Shown here: positions 23,391-35,702 of the stretch, piece after piece
How the letters are laid out: each line of letters begins with the position of its first letter
How positions within the stretch are numbered: position 1 is the first letter of the stretch
NCBI RefSeq assembly: GCF_003790525.1
Contig: NZ_CP033635.1
Strand: one strand, 5' to 3'
Length of the DNA: 64,000 bases
From: Escherichia coli
GTDB lineage: Bacteria > Pseudomonadota > Gammaproteobacteria > Enterobacterales > Enterobacteriaceae
Position numbers and translations under genes: made by a program
The notes under the pieces: model-generated
Database searches by the model: none
Seen by the model: only the letters and a program-made list of their open reading frames with translations
Told to the model about the DNA's origin: nothing

Positions 23391-24059
23391 GTGAAAAACA
23401 ATGCACAGCTGTTGATGCCGCGCGAAAAAATGCTGAAGTTTGGTATTAGCGCCTTAACGGATGTCGAGCTGCTGGCGCTATTTCTGCGTACCGGAACGCG
23501 CGGTAAAGATGTATTAACCCTGGCAAAAGAGATGCTGGAGAATTTCGGCTCTCTTTATGGCTTGTTAACCTCTGAATATGAACAGTTTAGTGGCGTTCAT
23601 GGAATTGGCGTGGCGAAATTCGCCCAGTTAAAGGGGATTGCCGAACTGGCGCGGCGTTACTACAACGTGCGGATGCGTGAAGAAAGCCCTTTACTCAGCC
23701 CGGAGATGACGCGGGAATTTTTACAAAGCCAGCTTACGGGCGAGGAGCGGGAGATCTTTATGGTGATCTTTCTCGACTCACAACACCGGGTTATAACGCA
23801 TAGCCGTCTTTTTTCCGGCACGCTAAACCATGTTGAAGTCCATCCTCGGGAAATTATCCGCGAAGCGATAAAAATAAATGCCTCGGCGCTGATCCTTGCA
23901 CATAATCACCCTTCGGGTTGTGCTGAACCCAGTAAAGCGGATAAACTCATTACTGAACGGATAATAAAGAGTTGTCAGTTCATGGATTTACGCGTGCTCG
24001 ACCATATCGTGATTGGGCGTGGAGAGTATGTTTCTTTTGCCGAACGCGGCTGGATTTAA
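23391..24059 (+). CDS. yicR: RadC-like JAB-domain protein (UPF0758)
   Basis: About 222 aa from [35 protein letters not shown] motif HNHPSG. Confidence 0.8.
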
Positions 24060-24254
24060 CCCGCTATGCGCGATCCTTCGGGATCTTTGTCTGTTCGGGA
24101 CTTGAGCACATCGCTGAGTCAGCGTATACTACGCCACCTTTGAGAATCTCGGGTTTGGCATTTGGGCCTGGCAATCGAGAGTTCACATAGAACTGCGATG
24201 ACCGGGCTGTAAAGCCTGACGAGGCGCCAATACCCCATACGAAGCTCGAGCTAA

Positions 24255-24512
<258 letters not shown>

Positions 24513-24529
24513 GTACTTAGAGGAAATAA

Positions 24530-24700
<171 letters not shown>

Positions 24701-24725
24701 TTTTTGCTTTGATGTAACGAAAAAC

Positions 24726-24746
24726 CTCGCCCCGGCGGGGTTTTTT
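24726..24746 (+). terminator. Rho-independent terminator after rpmG
   Basis: GC-rich CCCCGGCGGGG hairpin followed by TTTTTTG. Confidence 0.6.
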
Positions 24747-24797
24747 GTTATCTGCCTGCCCCCATATTGACTGCATCTGTTCATTCCTGGAGATGCT

Positions 24798-25607
24798 ATG
24801 CCTGAATTACCCGAAGTTGAAACCAGCCGCCGCGGCATAGAACCGCATCTCGTTGGTGCAACCATTCTTCATGCGGTGGTGCGCAACGGACGCTTGCGCT
24901 GGCCGGTTTCAGAAGAGATCTACCGTTTAAGCGACCAACCAGTGCTTAGCGTGCAGCGGCGGGCTAAATATCTGCTGCTGGAGCTGCCTGAGGGCTGGAT
25001 TATCATTCATTTGGGGATGTCTGGCAGCCTGCGCATCCTTCCAGAAGAACTTCCCCCTGAAAAGCATGACCATGTTGATTTGGTGATGAGCAACGGTAAA
25101 GTGCTGCGCTACACCGATCCGCGCCGCTTTGGTGCCTGGCTGTGGACCAAAGAGCTGGAAGGGCACAACGTGCTGGCCCATCTTGGACCGGAGCCGCTTA
25201 GCGACGATTTCAACGGTGAGTACCTGCATCAGAAGTGCGCGAAGAAAAAAACGGCGATTAAACCATGGCTGATGGATAACAAGCTGGTGGTAGGCGTAGG
25301 GAATATCTATGCCAGCGAATCTCTGTTTGCTGCGGGGATCCATCCGGATCGGCTGGCGTCATCACTGTCGCTGGCAGAGTGTGAATTGTTAGCTCGGGTG
25401 ATTAAAGCGGTGTTGCTGCGTTCGATTGAGCAGGGTGGTACAACGCTGAAAGATTTTCTGCAAAGTGATGGTAAACCGGGCTATTTCGCGCAGGAATTGC
25501 AGGTTTACGGGCGAAAAGGCGAGCCGTGTCGGGTGTGCGGTACGCCGATTGTGGCGACTAAACATGCGCAGCGGGCAACGTTTTATTGTCGGCAGTGCCA
25601 GAAGTAA
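24798..25607 (+). CDS. mutM: formamidopyrimidine-DNA glycosylase
   Basis: 269 aa [13 protein letters not shown] with C-terminal zinc finger CRVCGTP...CRQC. Confidence 0.92.
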
Positions 25608-25616
25608 TTGATGCGA

Positions 25617-25638
25617 GCCGGATGGCATACCATCCGGC
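25617..25638. terminator. hairpin between convergent mutM and coaD
   Basis: GCCGGATGG-cata-CCATCCGGC perfect stem. Confidence 0.5.
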
Positions 25639-25645
25639 ATAAACG

Positions 25646-27410
<1,765 letters not shown>

Positions 27411-27724
27411 AGTAAATAGCTGACTTATGGATGTGCTGGGGATTCTATGTATTTAGCTGTGGCTTTACCATTACTTTTCCCGTTTTTGACTTAAATAGCA
27501 ATTTACCCGCCAATTCTTGCTGAACATCTATACTTTTTTTGTATTTTTATGCGATTCATTGATTTCTGCAGTACGTGCAGGAAGGAATCGCAGAGCAACA
27601 GTAAAAGAATATGGTTGCTAATGATTTTATTTGATTGATTTCTTTATTGAAAATCAACAATGTGCTTAAAAATCATTCGGGTCGGATTGCCGCGAAAGAA
27701 GTGATACACTAGCGCGTCAATATC

Positions 27725-27773
27725 AGTGCGGTATCAGTATTCAGGTAGCTGTTGAGCCTGGGGCGGTAGCGTG
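27725..27773 (+). promoter_or_regulatory. JUMPstart element with ops (RfaH recruitment) site in the waaQ leader
   Basis: CAGTGCGGTATCAGTATTCAGGTAGCTGTTGAGCCTGGGGCGGTAGCGTG; ops core GGCGGTAGCGTG at 27762-27773. Confidence 0.75.
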
Positions 27774-27822
27774 CTTTTTCTGCTTCACCTTAATCGGATA
27801 ATCTCAACAAAAAGAGTTACTT

Positions 27823-28881
27823 GTGGATAAGCCATTTCGAAGAATTTTGCTCATTAAGATGCGTTTTCATGGGGATATGTTATTAACTACTCCCGTCATT
27901 AGTTCGCTGAAAAAAAATTACCCTGACGCAAAAATCGATGTGCTGCTTTATCAGGACACCATCCCGATCCTGTCTGAAAATCCAGAGATTAACGCGCTCT
28001 ACGGCATAAAAAATAAAAAAGCAAAAGCCTCAGAAAAAATTGCCAACTTTTTCCATCTCATCAAGATATTACGTGCCAATAAGTATGACCTTATCGTTAA
28101 TCTTACCGATCAATGGATGGTTGCTATACTGGTTCGCTTATTAAATGCCCGTGTGAAAATTTCCCAGGATTATCATCATCGGCAGTCTGCTTTTTGGCGT
28201 AATAGTTTCACTCATTTGGTGCCGTTGCAGGGTGGAAATGTGGTGGAAAGTAACTTATCCGTGCTGACGCCATTGGGACTTGAATCGTTGGTGAAGCAGA
28301 CAACCATGAGTTACCCGCCTGCAAGCTGGAAACGTATGCGTCGCGAACTTGATCACGCTGGTGTTGGACAAAATTATGTGGTTATCCAACCTACGGCGCG
28401 GCAAATCTTCAAATGCTGGGACAACGCCAAGTTTTCCGCTGTGATTGATGCCTTACATGCTCGTGGTTATGAAGTCGTTCTGACGTCCGGCCCAGATAAA
28501 GACGATCTGGCCTGCGTCAATGAAATTGCGCAGGGATGCCAGACGCCACCAGTAACGGCGCTGGCCGGAAAGGTGACCTTCCCGGAACTTGGTGCGTTAA
28601 TCGATCATGCGCAGCTGTTTATTGGCGTTGATTCCGCACCGGCGCATATTGCCGCTGCAGTTAATACGCCGCTGATATCGCTGTTTGGTGCGACAGACCA
28701 TATTTTCTGGCGTCCCTGGTCAAATAACATGATTCAATTCTGGGCGGGAGATTACCGGGAAATGCCAACGCGCGATCAGCGTGACCGAAATGAGATGTAT
28801 CTTTCGGTTATTCCGGCGGCAGATGTCATTGCAGCTGTCGATAAATTACTTCCCTCCTCCACGACAGGTACGTCGTTATGA
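27823..28881 (+). CDS. waaQ: LPS heptosyltransferase III (GT9)
   Basis: GT9 heptosyltransferase fold; first gene after JUMPstart; start codon uncertain (GTG 27823, internal TTG, or ATG 27859). Confidence 0.8.
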   Translation: MDKPFRRILLIKMRFHGDMLLTTPVISSLKKNYPDAKIDVLLYQDTIPILSENPEINALYGIKNKKAKASEKIANFFHLIKILRANKYDLIVNLTDQWMVAILVRLLNARVKISQDYHHRQSAFWRNSFTHLVPLQGGNVVESNLSVLTPLGLESLVKQTTMSYPPASWKRMRRELDHAGVGQNYVVIQPTARQIFKCWDNAKFSAVIDALHARGYEVVLTSGPDKDDLACVNEIAQGCQTPPVTALAGKVTFPELGALIDHAQLFIGVDSAPAHIAAAVNTPLISLFGATDHIFWRPWSNNMIQFWAGDYREMPTRDQRDRNEMYLSVIPAADVIAAVDKLLPSSTTGTSL

Positions 28882-30002
28882 TCGTTGCTTTTTGTTTATA
28901 TAAATATTTTCCCTTTGGCGGTTTGCAGCGCGATTTTATGCGTATTGCTCAGACAGTTGCCGCCCGAGGTCATCATGTTCGGGTTTATACCCAGTCGTGG
29001 GAAGGCGAATGCCCTGATGTATTTGAACTGATCAAAGTGCCGGTTAATTCGCATACCAATCACGGGCGCAATGCGGAATATTTTGCCTGGGTGCAAAAAC
29101 ATTTACGTGAACACCCCGTCGATAGAGTCGTTGGATTTAATAAAATGCCGGGGCTGGACGTTTATTATGCCGCTGATGTTTGTTATGCCGAGAAAGTAGC
29201 GCAGGAGAAAGGCTTTTTCTATCGCCTGACGTCACGTTATCGCCATTATGCCGCCTTTGAGCGGGCAACCTTCGAACAGGGCAAGCCGACACAGCTGCTG
29301 ATGCTGACAGATAAGCAAATCGCCGATTTCCAGAAACATTATCAGACTGAAGCGGAACGTTTTCATATTCTGCCACCGGGGATTTATCCTGATCGTAAAT
29401 ATAGCCAGCAACCAGCGAATAGCCGTGAAATCTTCCGTAAGAAGAATGGAATAACCGAACAACAATATTTATTGTTGCAGGTCGGTTCAGACTTCACGCG
29501 TAAAGGTGTCGATCGTTCCATTGAAGCACTTGCTTCGTTACCGGATTCGCTGCGCCACAACACATTACTATATGTTGTTGGGCAGGATAAACCGCGAAAA
29601 TTTGAGGCGCTGGCAGAAAAACGCGGCGTGCGCAGTAATGTTCACTTCTTCTCGGGGCGCAACGATGTCTCGGAATTAATGGCGGCGGCGGATTTATTAC
29701 TTCATCCTGCCTACCAGGAAGCGGCGGGAATTGTGTTGCTGGAAGCGATAACTGCAGGATTACCGGTACTAACAACAGCCGTTTGTGGCTATGCGCATTA
29801 TATTGTCGACGCCAATTGCGGCGAGGCTATTGCTGAGCCATTCCGCCAGGAAACATTGAATGAGATTTTACGCAAAGCGTTAACGCAATCTTCATTGCGC
29901 CAGGCCTGGGCGGAAAATGCGCGACATTATGCTGATACACAAGATTTATACAGTCTGCCAGAGAAAGCGGCGGACATCATAACGGGTGGTCTGGATGGTT
30001 GA
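28878..30002 (+). CDS. waaG: LPS glucosyltransferase I (GT4)
   Basis: 374 aa [25 protein letters not shown]; 4-bp overlap with waaQ. Confidence 0.9.
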   Translation: MIVAFCLYKYFPFGGLQRDFMRIAQTVAARGHHVRVYTQSWEGECPDVFELIKVPVNSHTNHGRNAEYFAWVQKHLREHPVDRVVGFNKMPGLDVYYAADVCYAEKVAQEKGFFYRLTSRYRHYAAFERATFEQGKPTQLLMLTDKQIADFQKHYQTEAERFHILPPGIYPDRKYSQQPANSREIFRKKNGITEQQYLLLQVGSDFTRKGVDRSIEALASLPDSLRHNTLLYVVGQDKPRKFEALAEKRGVRSNVHFFSGRNDVSELMAAADLLLHPAYQEAAGIVLLEAITAGLPVLTTAVCGYAHYIVDANCGEAIAEPFRQETLNEILRKALTQSSLRQAWAENARHYADTQDLYSLPEKAADIITGGLDG

Positions 30003-30792
30003 ACTTAAAGAGCCGTTTGCCACGTTATGGCGCGGTAAAGATCCTTTTGAGGAAGTTAAAACCTTGCAGGGTGAGGTATTTCGTGAACTGGAAACTCGCC
30101 GCACTCTGCGCTTTGAAATGGCGGGCAAAAGCTATTTTCTCAAATGGCATCGCGGCACGACCCTGAAAGAGATAATCAAAAATTTACTCTCATTGCGGAT
30201 GCCAGTATTAGGCGCAGACCGCGAATGGAATGCGATTCATCGACTGCGGGATGTCGGCGTTGATACTATGTATGGGGTGGCATTCGGCGAAAAAGGCATT
30301 AATCCGCTGACCAGAACCTCGTTTATTATTACCGAAGATCTGACACCAACCATCAGTCTGGAAGATTACTGTGCTGACTGGGCGACCAACCCACCAGATG
30401 TTCGCGTAAAGCGTATGCTTATTAAGCGTGTCGCGACGATGGTGCGCGATATGCATGCTGCGGGCATTAACCACCGTGACTGTTATATCTGTCATTTCCT
30501 GCTGCACTTGCCTTTTTCCGGTAAGGAAGAGGAGTTAAAAATTTCAGTAATTGACCTGCACCGGGCGCAGCTTCGCACGCGCGTTCCATGTCGTTGGCGC
30601 GATAAAGATCTTATTGGACTTTATTTTTCTTCGATGAATATTGGCCTGACTCAACGGGATATCTGGCGGTTTATGAAAGTGTATTTTGTCGCCCCGCTTA
30701 AAGACATTCTCAAGCAGGAACAAGGGCTGCTGTCGCAAGCAGAAGAAAAAGCCACAAAAATCAGGGAAAGAACGATTCGAAAATCGTTGTAA
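29995..30792 (+). CDS. waaP: LPS core heptose(I) kinase
   Basis: 265 aa from [20 protein letters not shown]; kinase-like fold. Confidence 0.85.
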   Translation: MVELKEPFATLWRGKDPFEEVKTLQGEVFRELETRRTLRFEMAGKSYFLKWHRGTTLKEIIKNLLSLRMPVLGADREWNAIHRLRDVGVDTMYGVAFGEKGINPLTRTSFIITEDLTPTISLEDYCADWATNPPDVRVKRMLIKRVATMVRDMHAAGINHRDCYICHFLLHLPFSGKEEELKISVIDLHRAQLRTRVPCRWRDKDLIGLYFSSMNIGLTQRDIWRFMKVYFVAPLKDILKQEQGLLSQAEEKATKIRERTIRKSL

Positions 30793-30807
30793 TTTCCGGA
30801 GAGAAAT

Positions 30808-31824
30808 ATGAGTGCCCACTATTTTAATCCACAAGAGATGATCAATAAGACAATCATCTTCGATGAAAGGCCAGAGGCGTCAGTGGCATCATCATTCCAT
30901 GTTGCTTATGGCATTGATCAGAACTTTCTTTTTGGTTGTGGTGTTTCAATCACGTCAGTTTTGTTACATAACAACGACGTGAGTTTTGTCTTCCACGTTT
31001 TTATTGATGATATCCCTGACGCCGATATCCAGCGTTTATCCCAATTGGCGAAAAGCTATCATACCTGTATCCAGATCCATCTGGTAAATTGTGAACGGCT
31101 TAAGGTATTACCGACGACCAAAAATTGGTCTATTGCCATGTATTTCCGTTTTGTAATTGCAGATTACTTTATTGATCAACAAGATAAGATCCTGTACCTG
31201 GATGCTGATATCGCCTGTCAGGGAACCTTAAAACCGCTGATAACAATGGATCTTGCCAATAACGTTGCTGCTGTTGTTACTGAACGCGATGCTAACTGGT
31301 GGTCGTTACGGGCTCAAAGTCTGCAGTGTAATGAACTTGAAAAGGGTTACTTTAATTCAGGTGTCCTGTTAATTAATACACCTGCGTGGGCGCAGGAGTC
31401 CGTTTCTGCTAAAGCGATGTCGATGCTTGCTGATAAAGCCGTCGTTTCCCGTTTAACCTATATGGATCAAGATATACTAAATCTTATCCTGTTAGGGAAA
31501 GTTAAATTCATTGATGCTAAATACAATACGCAATTTAGTTTAAATTATGAATTAAAAAAATCATTTATTTGTCCAATTAATGATGAAGCCGTATTAATTC
31601 ATTATGTCGGCCCGACAAAACCCTGGCATTACTGGGCCGGTTATCCAAGCGCGCAGCCATTTATCAAAGCCAAAGAAGCATCGCCCTGGAAAAATGAACA
31701 GTTAATGCGGCCAATTAACTCAAATTATGCTCGTTATTGCGCCAAGCATAATTTTAAACAAAATAAACCAATTAACGGGATAATGAATTATATTTATTAT
31801 TTTTATTTAAAGATAATAAAATGA
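30808..31824 (+). CDS. waaO: outer-core alpha-glycosyltransferase, GT8 family (R1-type WaaO-like by position)
   Basis: 338 aa; GT8 hallmarks (YLDADI DxD motif, HYVGPTKPW); the specific name is inferred from gene order QGP-O-T-Y-W-V-L. Confidence 0.6.
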   Translation: MSAHYFNPQEMINKTIIFDERPEASVASSFHVAYGIDQNFLFGCGVSITSVLLHNNDVSFVFHVFIDDIPDADIQRLSQLAKSYHTCIQIHLVNCERLKVLPTTKNWSIAMYFRFVIADYFIDQQDKILYLDADIACQGTLKPLITMDLANNVAAVVTERDANWWSLRAQSLQCNELEKGYFNSGVLLINTPAWAQESVSAKAMSMLADKAVVSRLTYMDQDILNLILLGKVKFIDAKYNTQFSLNYELKKSFICPINDEAVLIHYVGPTKPWHYWAGYPSAQPFIKAKEASPWKNEQLMRPINSNYARYCAKHNFKQNKPINGIMNYIYYFYLKIIK

Positions 31825-31840
31825 CATTGAGAAAAGTTAA

Positions 31841-32836
31841 ATGAATGAATTTATAAAAGAACGGTTTTCGTATTTAGCAGATAATAAAAAAGAAAACGTC
31901 CCAGAGCTAAATGTTTCCTACGGTATCGATAAGAATTTTTTGTATGGTGCTGGCGTTTCAATTTCTTCCGTTTTGATTAATAATTCAGATATTAATTTTG
32001 TCTTTCATGTTTTCACTGATTATGTGGATGATGATTATTTAAAGTCATTTAATGAAACAGCAAAACAATTTAATACCTCAATTATTGTATATTTAATTGA
32101 CCCAAAATACTTTGCTGATCTGCCGACGTCACAGTTTTGGTCGTACGCGACATACTTCAGGGTATTGTCCTTTGAATATCTGAGTGAAAGTATTTCCACA
32201 CTGCTGTATCTGGATGCCGATGTCGTTTGTAAAGGAAGTCTGAAACCTCTCACAAAAATTATATTTAAAGATGAGTTTGCTGCGGTTATTCCTGACAATG
32301 ATAGTACTCAGGCGGCATGTGCAAAACGTCTTAACATTCCCGAAATGAATGGACGTTATTTCAATGCAGGCGTTATCTATGTCAATCTTAAAAAATGGCA
32401 TGAAGCAAATTTGACACCGTATTTACTCACGCTTTTACGAGGGGAAACTAAATATGGCTCTCTTAAATATTTAGATCAGGATGCGTTGAATATCGCATTT
32501 AATATGAATAATATCTACCTCGCGAAGGATTTTGATACTATTTATACCCTGAAAAACGAACTTCATGATCGTAGTCATCGAAAGTATCAGCAAACCATTA
32601 CCGATAAAACAGTATTGATTCACTATACAGGGATAACTAAACCATGGCATAGCTGGGCTGGATATCCGTCTGCATCATACTTTAATATCGCGCGTGAACA
32701 ATCTCCCTGGAAGAAATATCCTCTTAAAGAGGCGCGGACTGTTGCAGAAATGCAGAAACAATATAAGCATCTGTTTGCCCATGGTGAGTATATAAAAGGC
32801 ATAACTTCATTAATTAAGTACAAGCTTAAGAAATAA
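31841..32836 (+). CDS. waaT: outer-core alpha-glycosyltransferase, GT8 family (WaaT-like by position)
   Basis: 331 aa; GT8 motifs YLDADVV, HYTGITKPW; AT-rich. Confidence 0.6.
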   Translation: MNEFIKERFSYLADNKKENVPELNVSYGIDKNFLYGAGVSISSVLINNSDINFVFHVFTDYVDDDYLKSFNETAKQFNTSIIVYLIDPKYFADLPTSQFWSYATYFRVLSFEYLSESISTLLYLDADVVCKGSLKPLTKIIFKDEFAAVIPDNDSTQAACAKRLNIPEMNGRYFNAGVIYVNLKKWHEANLTPYLLTLLRGETKYGSLKYLDQDALNIAFNMNNIYLAKDFDTIYTLKNELHDRSHRKYQQTITDKTVLIHYTGITKPWHSWAGYPSASYFNIAREQSPWKKYPLKEARTVAEMQKQYKHLFAHGEYIKGITSLIKYKLKK

Positions 32837-32845
32837 ATTACTCTT

Positions 32846-33538
32846 ATGATTACAAGTATACGTTACCGCGGCTTCTCATTTTATTACAAAAATAATGATA
32901 ATAAATATAAAGAAATCTTTGATGAAATACTGGCCTATAATTTCAAAACAGTAAAAGTATTACGTAATATTGATGATACCAAAGTATCGTTGATTGATAC
33001 GAAATATGGTCGCTATGTTTTTAAAGTCTTTGCTCCGAAAACGAAAAGGAATGAACGTTTTTTAAAATCTTTTGTAAAAGGTGACTACTATCAGAATTTG
33101 ATCGTTGAAACCGATCGTGTCAGAAGTGCAGGTCTTACTTTTCCTAATGATTTTTATTTTCTGGCTGAGCGTAAAATTTTCAATTATGCCAGTGTTTTTA
33201 TCATGCTTATCGAGTATGTCGAGGGCGTAGAGCTCAATGATATGCCGATTATTCCAGAAGATGTTAAAGCAGAAATTAAGGCTTCAATGGAAAAATTGCA
33301 TGCCTTAAATATGCTATCGGGCGACCCACACCGGGGTAACTTTATCGTTAGTAAAGATGGTGTCAGGATAATTGACCTATCCGGTAAAAGCTGTACGGCA
33401 GAGCGTAAAGCTCGTGATCGTCTGGCCATGGAACGTCACCTGGGTATTGCCAACGAAATAAAAGATTATGGCTACTATTCAGTAATCTACAGAACCAAAC
33501 TACGCAAATTTATTAAAAAATTAAAAGGCAAAGCGTAA
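32846..33538 (+). CDS. waaY: LPS core heptose(II) kinase
   Basis: 230 aa kinase-like protein placed between GT8 genes as WaaY is in known core loci. Confidence 0.75.
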   Translation: MITSIRYRGFSFYYKNNDNKYKEIFDEILAYNFKTVKVLRNIDDTKVSLIDTKYGRYVFKVFAPKTKRNERFLKSFVKGDYYQNLIVETDRVRSAGLTFPNDFYFLAERKIFNYASVFIMLIEYVEGVELNDMPIIPEDVKAEIKASMEKLHALNMLSGDPHRGNFIVSKDGVRIIDLSGKSCTAERKARDRLAMERHLGIANEIKDYGYYSVIYRTKLRKFIKKLKGKA

Positions 33539-33563
33539 ACCACACAGTCAAAACGGAACCAAC

Positions 33564-34592
33564 ATGGATTTATTAGCTGAGAGTATTACTGAAGTCGCTG
33601 TCTCTGGGGAAATTGCTAACACCGATCGTGTGTTAAATATCGCTTACGGTATTGACCGCAACTTTTTATTTGGTGCAGCAGTATCTATGCAATCAGTTGT
33701 TATGCATAACCCGGATCTTGCGGTTAAGTTTCATCTCTTTACTGACTACATTGATGAAGACTATCTACAACGTGTTAATGCTTTTACCAGCAAAAATGCT
33801 AACGTTGAAGTAAGAATTTATAAAGTATCCAGTGCCTTTATTGATATCTTCCCCAGCCTGAAACAGTGGTCTTATGCAACATTCTTCCGTTTAGTTGCGT
33901 TCCAGTATCTGAGTGAAACTATTGAAAATCTGTTATATATCGATGCTGATGTCATCTGTAAAGGCTCATTAGCTGGATTGCTTGATATTAATTTTGATGG
34001 CGATAAATTCGCAGCTGTTATTAAAGATGTGCCTTTTATGCAGGAAAAACCAGCGAAGCGTCTGGCTATAGAGGGGCTTCCAGGGAATTATTTCAACGCC
34101 GGTGTAGTATATCTGCAGCTTGAAGCGTGGGCGAAAAATGATTTTATGAATAAAGCCATTGCTATGCTGGCAAGTGACCCGCAGCACACGAAGTATAAAT
34201 GCCTTGATCAGGATATTTTAAATATTCTGTTCTTTGGTCATTGTATTTTTATTAGCGGCGATTATGATTGCTTTTATGGCATTGACTATGAGTTAAAAAA
34301 TAAAAGCGATGAAGATTATAAAAAGACCATTACCGATGATACTAAGCTGATTCATTATGTTGGCGTAACGAAGCCCTGGAACGACTGGACGAATTATCCC
34401 TGCCAGAAGTATTTTAATGAGGCTTATCAGGCTTCTTGCTGGAATGATGTGGCGTTTATTCCAGCCACGAATGAAAAGCAGTATCAAGTGAAATACCAAC
34501 ATGCAAAGAAAAATGGTGATACGTTTAACGCTTTTATTTACTTCATTAAATTCAAATTAAATAAGTATAAAAGAAAACTATTTAGGCAATAA
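33564..34592 (+). CDS. waaW: outer-core alpha-glycosyltransferase, GT8 family (WaaW-like by position)
   Basis: 342 aa; GT8 motifs YIDADVI, HYVGVTKPW. Confidence 0.6.
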   Translation: MDLLAESITEVAVSGEIANTDRVLNIAYGIDRNFLFGAAVSMQSVVMHNPDLAVKFHLFTDYIDEDYLQRVNAFTSKNANVEVRIYKVSSAFIDIFPSLKQWSYATFFRLVAFQYLSETIENLLYIDADVICKGSLAGLLDINFDGDKFAAVIKDVPFMQEKPAKRLAIEGLPGNYFNAGVVYLQLEAWAKNDFMNKAIAMLASDPQHTKYKCLDQDILNILFFGHCIFISGDYDCFYGIDYELKNKSDEDYKKTITDDTKLIHYVGVTKPWNDWTNYPCQKYFNEAYQASCWNDVAFIPATNEKQYQVKYQHAKKNGDTFNAFIYFIKFKLNKYKRKLFRQ

Positions 34593-34673
34593 TAAAAATT
34601 ATGGATGTCTAAGTTACAATAATAATTAAGGATGAGTCCTATCATATTTTATTAGTTCAGGCAAGAGAACACG

Positions 34674-35657
34674 ATGAGCAATGATTACCCTTTAGTATCC
34701 ATAATAATACCGACGTATAATTCATCTGATTACATTACTGAAACTCTAACGAAATTAGAAAAACAAACTTACCCAAATTTTGAAATTGTTATTGTTAATG
34801 ATGGTTCTAAAGATAACACATCAAATGTTTTGAGAGAGTATGGGTTAACCCACTCTCGATTAATTATTCTCAATAAAGAAAATGGCGGTGTTTCGTCTGC
34901 CAGGAATACAGGTATCCGCAAGGCGCAAGGACAGTTTATATGTTTTATGGATGATGATGATGAGATAGATCCTAACTATCTGCTGAAGATGTATTCCAGA
35001 CAACATGAGACGGGAGGGGATGCGATTTATTGTGGGCTTTATGGACATCATATAAAAAATGGTGTTACTTACTCACCTATAAATACAGATTTTAATGAAG
35101 GGTCTTTACTTTTCGATTTTTTTTATAAAAAGGTCAGATTCCATATAGGGTGCTTGTTTATAAGAAAACAACTCCTGGAAGATAATAATCTTTTTTTTGA
35201 TGAAGATTTACGACTAGGAGAAGATCTGGATTTTATCTATCGACTGCTAATTACATGCGATATGTATGCGGTTCCATATTATATGTATAAGCATAACTAT
35301 AGAGAAAATTCCCTAATGAACTCATGTAGAACCATCACTCATTATCGACATGAGTCATTTGCGCACGAAAGAATCTACTCTTCTGTGATGCAGTTATACA
35401 AAGGTAACCGGAAAGAAGAAATTCATACATTATTGAGTAAAAATAGAACTTATCATAAAACTCGTTATTTATGGAATGTTCTACTTAATGGCGATTTTGA
35501 ATTATTAAATCAATTAGTTGAAAGCAATGAAAAAGAATTGAAAGATTGTAATCTTCTTGGCAAGAGAGATAAGAGGCGAGCAAAAATATTAGCATCAAAA
35601 AACTATATTCTCTGGAGGATGGTAAGACTGGTAAATAGAAAAAAGAATAAACGTTAG
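34674..35657 (+). CDS. waaV: outer-core beta-glycosyltransferase, GT2 family (WaaV-like)
   Basis: 327 aa; GT2 motifs SIIIPTYN, VNDGSKDNT, DDDDE; a GT2 gene immediately before waaL is characteristic of the R1 core locus. Confidence 0.6.
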   Translation: MSNDYPLVSIIIPTYNSSDYITETLTKLEKQTYPNFEIVIVNDGSKDNTSNVLREYGLTHSRLIILNKENGGVSSARNTGIRKAQGQFICFMDDDDEIDPNYLLKMYSRQHETGGDAIYCGLYGHHIKNGVTYSPINTDFNEGSLLFDFFYKKVRFHIGCLFIRKQLLEDNNLFFDEDLRLGEDLDFIYRLLITCDMYAVPYYMYKHNYRENSLMNSCRTITHYRHESFAHERIYSSVMQLYKGNRKEEIHTLLSKNRTYHKTRYLWNVLLNGDFELLNQLVESNEKELKDCNLLGKRDKRRAKILASKNYILWRMVRLVNRKKNKR

Positions 35658-35702
35658 GTCTTGCATTAAATAACCCATCCTCGTAGCATAGGTTGAAATT
35701 AT

